Positions 1-5,704 of a DNA stretch of 6,148 nucleotides are shown piece by piece. Source of the stretch: Octopus sinensis (lineage: Eukaryota); assembly GCF_006345805.1 (NCBI RefSeq), contig NW_021829409.1, positions 1-6,148 of the forward strand, given 5' to 3'. Below the pieces are notes generated by a model, which had not been told where the DNA came from, did not search any database, and saw only the letters and a list, made by a program, of their open reading frames with translations. Both the position numbers and the translations under genes were made by a program. Position 1 is the first letter of the stretch, and each line of letters starts with the position of its first letter.

Positions 1-80
1 TGTATATATATGTTTATATGTTGTAGATGTAAACTCCTGTAGAGTTTACATTTGTCAGGAATAAATACGAGTATGCTCAT

Positions 81-82
<2 letters not shown>

Positions 83-112
<30 letters not shown>

Positions 113-154
113 TGTATGTATGTATGTATGTATGTATGTATGTATCTATCTATC
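83..154 (+). repeat. (TATG)15 microsatellite (83-142) followed by (TATC)3
   Basis: Direct reading of the tandem tetranucleotide units. Confidence 0.97.
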
Positions 155-286
155 TGTCTACATACATGCATACAATTTCCAGAAGTTTATCATTTAAGTA
201 TATATGCATGAGAATACATACATAAATGAAAACACAAATCCGCACGTATACATATATACATAATTCTTCCTTGCATCCATCCGTTT

Positions 287-346
287 ATACATACATACAT
301 ACATACATACATACATACATACATACATACATACGTACATACATAC
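287..346 (+). repeat. (ATAC)~15 microsatellite, one ACGT interruption
   Basis: Direct reading; it is the reverse complement of the array at 83-142. Confidence 0.96.
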
Positions 347-600
347 AAAAATACGCTGTTGTTGATGTTGAAATTCCAATGAATTAGAACTGAATAATGA
401 CAAATACATATGTATATATATGTAAGAGCGCATCTTTGGTGCAAGCCTGATGAAGTGGCGCTCTAATGTCTAAAACCGCAAACATTACGTAAAGTAAACT
501 AGCGTTGCAAGCAGAGTTGGTATAGAAACAATTGTAACGAATCATTAAATATGTGTTAAAGGATTTCTTTGTCCTATCATTTGGGTATACATACATAAAT

Positions 601-679
601 ACGCACACACACACACACAAACACATACACACTCTCTCTTTCTCTCTCTCTCACACGCACACGCGCACACACATATACA
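601..679 (+). repeat. Compound (CA)n/(CT)n microsatellite
   Basis: Direct reading of imperfect CA, CT and CA/CG runs. Confidence 0.9.
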
Positions 680-1002
680 AGTTTCATTGAAAACACGACT
701 ATGCTTCAGTTTTGTATTTAAATGAAAGATAGTGTTGTAACATATTTTCGTATGGGAGTTTCTTTCAGTCTCTTTTGAACTGTAAAGTTTCTCAGATTTC
801 ATCATCGACTTTCCTAGACTCTCACATTCGCATCTTCAGAATGAAGTGACATTGGCGTGTGTTACTGTCTCCTTTACAGGGTCAATATAATTAGTGTAGA
901 TATTATCACCAAGGTTCAAATTCTTTTACCTTTAGATATATTAATTTATCATTCATGTGTTTTTTTCTTTTTCCACAAATGCCCGTGGTCTCTGTGTTTA
1001 TT

Positions 1003-1682
1003 GTAGCCACTTCCAACGAACAGAACACGATTGCAGGGGCAAAATGAAAACAAGAACTACGCAAGTCCAGAGCCGGCTCCTTGCCTTCTGTCCCAGCAGA
1101 CCAAACGGTGCCTGACCTGCGGCAGAGCCTTCCGAGCAAGCATCGGACTGATTCTTATTTCTTATTTCTTTACTACCCACAAGGGGCTAAACATAGAGGG
1201 GCTAAACAAGGACAAAGGGATTAAGTCGATTACATCGGCCCTAGTGTGTAACTGGTTCTTAATTTATCAACCCCGAAACGATGAAAGGCAAAGTAGACCT
1301 CAGAACGTAACGGCAGTCGAAATACCTATTTCTTTACTACCCACGAGGGGCTACACACAGAAGGGACAAACAAGGACAGGCAAACGGATTAAGCTGATTA
1401 TATCGACCCCAGTGCCTAACTGGTACTTATTTAATCGACCCCGAAAGGATGAAAGGCAAAGTCGACCTCGGCGGAATTTGAACTCAGAACGTAACAGCAG
1501 TCGAAATACCGTTAAGAATTTCGTCCGGCGTGCTAACGTTTCTGCCAGCTCGCCGCCTTTCCGACAGCAGGCATCGGACTGATTGGCCACAACCGGACAT
1601 GACCGGACGCACCGAGATCCGCCTACTTCTCCCACGTGATGACTTTGGCCATCATCGACAACGACGGACGAACTAATAATAA
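1003..1682 (+). mobile_element. 5'-truncated, decayed RTE-clade LINE 3' end, interrupted by the SINE insertion at 1154-1558
   Basis: Frame from 1003 reads VATSNEQNTIAGAK*KQELRKSRAGSLPSVPADQT. After a frameshift, the frame from 1109 reads CLTCGRAFRASIGLI and, once the SINE and one TSD copy are removed, continues GHNRT* (1585-1602). This matches the C-terminal CxxCGRxFRAxIGLxxHxRTH zinc finger of RTE ORFs as I recall it. It ends in GGCCATCATCGACAACGACGGACGAAC plus TAATAATAA (1674-1682), like RTE 3' termini. The 5' boundary is approximate and I found no TSD for the LINE. Confidence 0.82.
1154..1558 (-). mobile_element. Tandem-dimer tRNA-derived SINE (octopus OK/OR-type; exact family not assigned): full unit 1327-1558 plus headless second unit 1154-1326
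   Basis: The reverse complement aligns along its length with the copies at 1883-2115 and 2905-3135. The head has an A box (TGGCAGAAACGT) and a B box (GAGTTCAAATTCC). It is flanked by exact GCATCGGACTGATT repeats (1140-1153 and 1571-1584), extendable to TTCCGA--GCAAGCATCGGACTGATT versus TTCCGACAGCAGGCATCGGACTGATT (1130-1153 and 1559-1584). Confidence 0.93.
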
Positions 1683-1882
1683 ATATTTTAGTATTTGCGT
1701 CCACCATCAATCGTCTAAAATCGCAGAGAATTCTTTATAATATACATTTGCTGTTTACCGATGTTTTTCATGTCTAGTTTAGCACTTGTGTGTCGTGTGA
1801 TGTGTATTACTGTCGCCCTTTGTCACAAGATCATGGCGAACCGTTAGGAGAGTGTTGTTCACTCTATAACCAACAAAATAGT

Positions 1883-2115
1883 AAGGCGGCGAACTGGCAG
1901 AAACGTTAGCATGCCGGGCGAAATGCGGAGCCGTATTTCGTCTGCCGTTACGTTCTGGGTTCAAATTCCGCCGAGGTCGACTTTGCCTTTCATCCTTTCG
2001 GGGTCGATAAATTAAGTACCAGTTACGCACTGGAGTCGATGTAATCGACTTAATTCCTTTGTCTGTCCTTGTTTGTCCCCTCTGTGTTTAGCCCCTTGTG
2101 GGTAGTAAAGAAATA
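1883..2115 (+). mobile_element. Full-length tRNA-derived SINE with perfect 18-bp TSD
   Basis: A box TGGCAGAAACGT at 1895-1906 and B box GGTTCAAATTCC at 1958-1969; 3' end GTGGGTAGTAAAGAAATA; TSD TATAACCAACAAAATAGT at 1865-1882 and 2116-2133. Confidence 0.95.
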
Positions 2116-2139
2116 TATAACCAACAAAATAGTCGGAAC

Positions 2140-2185
2140 AGCAAAACTTTACAACTTGGCAAAGCAAAACTTTACAAGTTGGCAA
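2140..2185 (+). repeat. 23-bp tandem duplication (2 copies, 1 mismatch)
   Basis: AGCAAAACTTTACAACTTGGCAA (2140-2162) and AGCAAAACTTTACAAGTTGGCAA (2163-2185), followed by a degenerate third part. Confidence 0.9.
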
Positions 2186-2535
2186 TCAAACTTGTAACTC
2201 ATACTGGTTATTAGTAACTTTTCCGCACGTATATATGTTTGAAGCTTTGTTACTAATAAATAATAAGAAAATCCTAATTTTAATGCTTTTATCGTGCATT
2301 ATTAGTGTTTATTTAGCATTTGGTACCATTTATATTGTGTTCACTTTTGATAGGCTTTTGATAAGGAGTTCATCAGTTCTATATGTAGAATGAATTTTAT
2401 TCATGTCATACAGTTTATGTGTGATTTGAGTATTTTTAATAGGTGTATAGGGACTGATTAATTCATTACGTTGTGTATGTTCCTCTAATCTTCTATGGCT
2501 TTGTTAGTTCATGAGAATATCTGTTTCTGATTAAC

Positions 2536-2555
2536 TATATATATATAATATTATA

Positions 2556-2592
<37 letters not shown>
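2536..2592. repeat. Interrupted (TA)n microsatellite
   Basis: Direct reading. Confidence 0.95.
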
Positions 2593-2593
<1 letters not shown>

Positions 2594-2754
2594 CTTATAA
2601 ATGAGGGCTAAAGAAAATTATTTCGATGCCAATATGCTGATAACAGACTTTTAACTCGTCAATTTACACATATTATTTACTCGCTACCATACAGGTATTT
2701 TAATATGCTGCCACATTTTTTGATGGAATTTTTTTCTGTAAAAAATCTTATTAG

Positions 2755-2795
2755 TATATATATAATATATATATATATATATAATATATATATAT

Positions 2796-2860
<65 letters not shown>
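2755..2860. repeat. Interrupted (TA)n microsatellite
   Basis: Direct reading, with TAA and TTA phase shifts. Confidence 0.95.
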
Positions 2861-2863
<3 letters not shown>

Positions 2864-2904
2864 CAGAGACAGTATTAATACCGATAGGTAATATTTATGT
2901 CTAC

Positions 2905-3135
2905 GAGGCGGGGAGCTGGCAGAGACGTTAGCACTCCGGGCGAAATGCGTAGCCGTATTTCGTCTGACGTTACGTTGTGAGTTCAATTTCCGCCGAGGTC
3001 GACTTTACCTTTCATCCTTTCGGGGTCGATAAATTAAGTACCAGTTACGCACTGGGGTCGATGTAATCGACTTAATACCTATGTCTGTCCTTGTTTGTCC
3101 CCCTCTATGTTTAGCCCCTTGTGGGTAATAAAGAA
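2905..3135 (+). mobile_element. Full-length tRNA-derived SINE (same family) with perfect 21-bp flanking direct repeat
   Basis: Aligns end to end with 1883-2115; direct repeat ATAGGTAATATTTATGTCTAC at 2884-2904 and 3136-3156. The first few repeat bases could also belong to the SINE tail. Confidence 0.95.
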
Positions 3136-3390
3136 ATAGGTAATATTTATGTCTACTTAAACATGGATGTTCTATTGGAACATACTATACTGCGCTAGTT
3201 AGCACGAGAGAGACTCTCGCATTGGTACTTTAGTGCAGAATGCACCCTTGTTAATATCGCTATCGTTTCCTGATTAGTGCTTGTTTCAGGTATTAAATTA
3301 ATTTTCTTTCTGCTGTTTCATTTGTGAAAGTCAATCAAGCATTTGTGATTGTGTGGGCATTCGATGTCTGAGTGTTAGGGAATTGTATAG

Positions 3391-3490
3391 AATGCTTCAT
3401 GGTATTTGTTCCGAGTCTCTGTAGTCTGAGTTCAAATCCTATCGACGTCATCCACATTTCATCGTTCCAGGGTCAATAAAAATGGTACCA
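3391..3490 (+). mobile_element. Old, diverged fragment of the same or a related SINE family
   Basis: AATGCTTCATGGTATTTG...CTGAGTTCAAATCC (B box 3428-3439)...TTTCATCGTTCCAGGGTCAATAAAAATGGTACCA is collinear with AAATGCGGAGCCGTATTTCG...GGGTTCAAATTCC...TTTCATCCTTTCGGGGTCGATAAATTAAGTACCA of the young copy at 1883-2115. Confidence 0.75.
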
Positions 3491-3548
3491 AGGTCAATGA
3501 ATATGGTCCGGTATGATGCTTCGCGGTGTCTCTTCCTCGGTTTTGCAG

Positions 3549-3598
3549 TCTGACAGCTACACACGCAACGACGCTAATACCAGACTACGTCAACTCGA
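3549..3598 (+). CDS. Candidate 50-nt internal coding exon (t-LTATHATTLIPDYVNS-a), unverified
   Basis: Acceptor GTCTCTTCCTCGGTTTTGCAG (AG at 3547-3548) and donor CGA|GTGAGC (GT at 3599-3600). One open frame exits in phase 1, matching the exon at 5705. No homology recognised. Confidence 0.22.
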
Positions 3599-3745
3599 GT
3601 GAGCGGCCTTCTCCTTAGGTAAACATCGGTGGCATGGAGAAGATAGACGTAGGCAACGGCTAATCTTCGTAAAAAAATAAAATTCCTGTCACGACTGTAC
3701 GTACGTGTAAAGATCAACGGTCAATGTTGATCGACAATAGAGTCG

Positions 3746-3835
3746 AAGGAATATGCTCAAGTTGCCACGAAGTGGAACTCCACCCGGAAAAATGTATTTG
3801 GGAAGCAAACATCTTACCACTCGGCCACAACTGTG
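3746..3835 (-). mobile_element. Diverged tRNA-SINE head of a second family, entering a CORE-like segment
   Basis: Reverse complement GTGGCCGAGTGGTAAGATGTTTGCTTCCCAAATACAT matches the head at 5646-5682 at 28/37 positions, ungapped. It continues CCACTTCGTGGCAACTTGAGCA, similar to the GTGGCACCTTGGGCAAG segment I recall from an abundant octopus SINE. Confidence 0.72.
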
Positions 3836-3902
3836 AAGCTTAGAGTAGCAGGAGACTGGTTCGTTCAATACGCGGGGCTCGAGAAGAAGAGCAACAGCAA
3901 TA

Positions 3903-4105
3903 GTGTGGAGGTGCAATGGCCCAGTGGTTAGGGTAGCGGACTCGCGGTCGTAAGAACGCGGTTTCGATTCCCAGACCGAGTATTGTGAGTGTTTATTGAG
4001 CAAAAACACCTAAGCTCCACGAGGCTCCGGCGGAGGGGTGGTGGTGGTGGTGAACCCCGCTGTACTCTTTTACCACAACTTTCTCTCACTCTTTCTTCCT
4101 ACTTC
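3903..4105 (+). mobile_element. tRNA-derived SINE of a third family (possibly a tRNA-Arg-derived OR type); may extend to about 4251
   Basis: A box TGGCCCAGTGG at 3917-3927 and B box GGTTTCGATTCCC at 3960-3972. The body GTGAGTGTTTATTGAGC..AAACACCTAA.GCTCCACGAGGCTCCGGC..CTGTACTCTTT.ACCACAACTTTCTCTCACTC matches a recalled octopus SINE consensus. The family name is inference. Confidence 0.8.
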
Positions 4106-4401
4106 TGCCACGAAGCAGAGGTACCATGGTGTAACCCACTATGGTGTGGTAAACTTTCAGACCCTAGTCTAGATTGCGAATCCTCTGTACCCCAGGATGG
4201 TTCAGCTCTCCACCCGTTAAAAGCCATCGTTGACGGAATGAGGATAACAACGTAGCTTTCGCGCCCGTGCAACTGCCAGTCTATCGCGTGTGGTAGGTGG
4301 ATCTTCAAGTTGCCACGCACATTCTTAGTAGCTTAGAGTAGGCTCGAATTAGAGATTATTCTTTGTGGCTAATGGCGTGAGTCCTGATTGGAAGAAGCAG
4401 A

Positions 4402-4449
4402 GAAGAAGAAGAAGAAGAAGAAGAAGAAGAAGAAGAAGAAGAAGAAGAA
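4402..4449 (+). repeat. (GAA)16 microsatellite
   Basis: Direct reading. Confidence 0.97.
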
Positions 4450-4509
4450 GACAGCAACAGTGATGTGACGTGAGTTTAGGATGATGTTTGAGATATTTAT
4501 GGATGAAAA

Positions 4510-4609
4510 TGATGATGGTGGTGACGATGGTGTTGACAACTATGATGATGATGATAATGATGATGATGATGATGATGAGATGATGATGATGATGATGGAT
4601 GGATGGATG
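4510..4609 (+). repeat. Imperfect (GAT)n/(GGT)n array ending in (GGAT)n
   Basis: Direct reading. Confidence 0.88.
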
Positions 4610-4687
4610 GAGAGAAGGGAGAAGTAAAGGAGGGTATTGCTGTTTATGTTAGCGATGCTTTTAATGATAATATTCCCTTGATAATAT

Positions 4688-4756
4688 GAGGAGAGAGAGA
4701 GAGAGAGAGGGAAGAGAGGGAGAAAGAGAAAGAGAGAGAGAAAAGAGAGAGAGAGA
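4688..4756 (+). repeat. Imperfect (GA)n microsatellite
   Basis: Direct reading. Confidence 0.92.
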
Positions 4757-4806
4757 GTGAGAGAAAGAGATACTGAGATAGAAATAAAAACAGTTAGTGG
4801 TCATAC

Positions 4807-4854
<48 letters not shown>

Positions 4855-4874
4855 GAGTGTGGTTTGTATGTATT

Positions 4875-4918
<44 letters not shown>

Positions 4919-4961
4919 TATGTATATATAAATTTATTCATTTATATATATATATGTACAT

Positions 4962-5008
<47 letters not shown>

Positions 5009-5114
5009 GAAGAGATCTGAGACAGAAATAAAAACAGTTAGTAGTCATACACACACACACACAACACACACACACACACATATATGTATGTATGTATGAG
5101 TGGTGTATGTGTGT

Positions 5115-5150
<36 letters not shown>

Positions 5151-5189
5151 TATATAAATTTATTCATTTATATATATATGTACATATGC

Positions 5190-5254
<65 letters not shown>

Positions 5255-5260
5255 GAGAGA
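4757..5260 (+). repeat. Tandem duplication of a ~250-bp compound-microsatellite unit (4757-5004 and 5005-5260)
   Basis: Both units share the non-repetitive anchors AGAAATAAAAACAGTTAGTRGTCATAC, TATGTATGAGTG and ATATATAAATTTATTCATTTATATATATAT..GTACATATGCAGAGA in the same order, separated by CA, TA and GA arrays. Confidence 0.92.
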
Positions 5261-5500
5261 CAGATATTACGCCTGGCTTTACAGTGAAGCAGAATGAGAT
5301 ACAGACATGCAGGTATACGTCGAAAAGAAAGAGAGGCAGACATATTGTCTGTTGTCTATATCTAAGATGGCTCCCTCCATTGTGTAATATTTTATTTCTT
5401 TCATGTTATAAGAGTCTGCAATGGCTGACATGGGTAGATGTAGATAGATTTCGTGATTTTTTTTTTTTGTGTGTGTGTGGTATACATATATAAAATATGT

Positions 5501-5506
<6 letters not shown>

Positions 5507-5596
<90 letters not shown>

Positions 5597-5641
5597 ATAT
5601 ACATATATATGCATATTATATATAGATATGCATACATATAT
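5507..5641. repeat. (TA)n microsatellite (near perfect 5507-5581, degenerate to about 5641)
   Basis: Direct reading. Confidence 0.95.
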
Positions 5642-5686
5642 AGGCGTAGCTGTGTGGTTAGAAGCTTGCTTCCCAACCACGTAGTT
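5642..5686 (+). mobile_element. 3'-truncated tRNA-SINE head (second family)
   Basis: AGGCGTAGCTGTGTGGTTAGAAGCTTGCTTCCCAACCACGTAGTT has an A-box-like GTGTGGTTAG and is homologous to the reverse complement of 3792-3828. Confidence 0.78.
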
Positions 5687-5704
5687 TTTTTTTGTGTTCT
5701 TCAG

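Noticed and set aside
190-805. ORFs 190-444, 194-433, 384-632 and 545-805 (minus)
   Set aside because: They are translations of TATG, CA and CT microsatellites (MYVC, CVCV repeats) with no coding signal.
880-913. Possible 34-nt exon after the acceptor CTGTCTCCTTTACAG
   Set aside because: The donor AAG|GTTCAA is poor and the peptide is unrecognisable.
1031-1582. 183-aa ORF as a novel gene
   Set aside because: It is a chimera of the RTE zinc-finger half and the antisense SINE dimer, which explains its internal peptide repeat. It starts at TTG and has no support as a real protein.
1849-1865. AGAGTG-TTGTT-CACTCT hairpin as a Helitron 3' end
   Set aside because: There is no downstream CTRR terminus and a 6-bp stem is easily chance.
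1351-2030. ORFs 1351-1710 and 1779-2030 (minus)
   Set aside because: They read through SINE and LINE sequence; their similarity to the 183-aa ORF reflects SINE copies only.
2335-2385. Minus-strand CUGAUGA-ACU...AGU-GAAC as a hammerhead
   Set aside because: It has GAAC instead of GAAA and no stem I or stem III closure; it includes a local 11-bp duplication (2344-2366).
3907-3980. Genuine tRNA gene (also considered for the heads at 1883 and 2905)
   Set aside because: A and B boxes are present but there is no intact acceptor or anticodon stem, and each head runs into a SINE body.
3689-4320. ORFs 3689-4009, 3989-4255 and 4099-4320
   Set aside because: They overlap SINE sequence, use non-ATG starts, and contain no recognisable domain.
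5285-5312. Possible 28-nt micro-exon (CTTTACAG ... CAG|GTATAC)
   Set aside because: Its only open frame exits in phase 2, which would create an immediate stop on joining 5705, and the pyrimidine tract and donor are weak.
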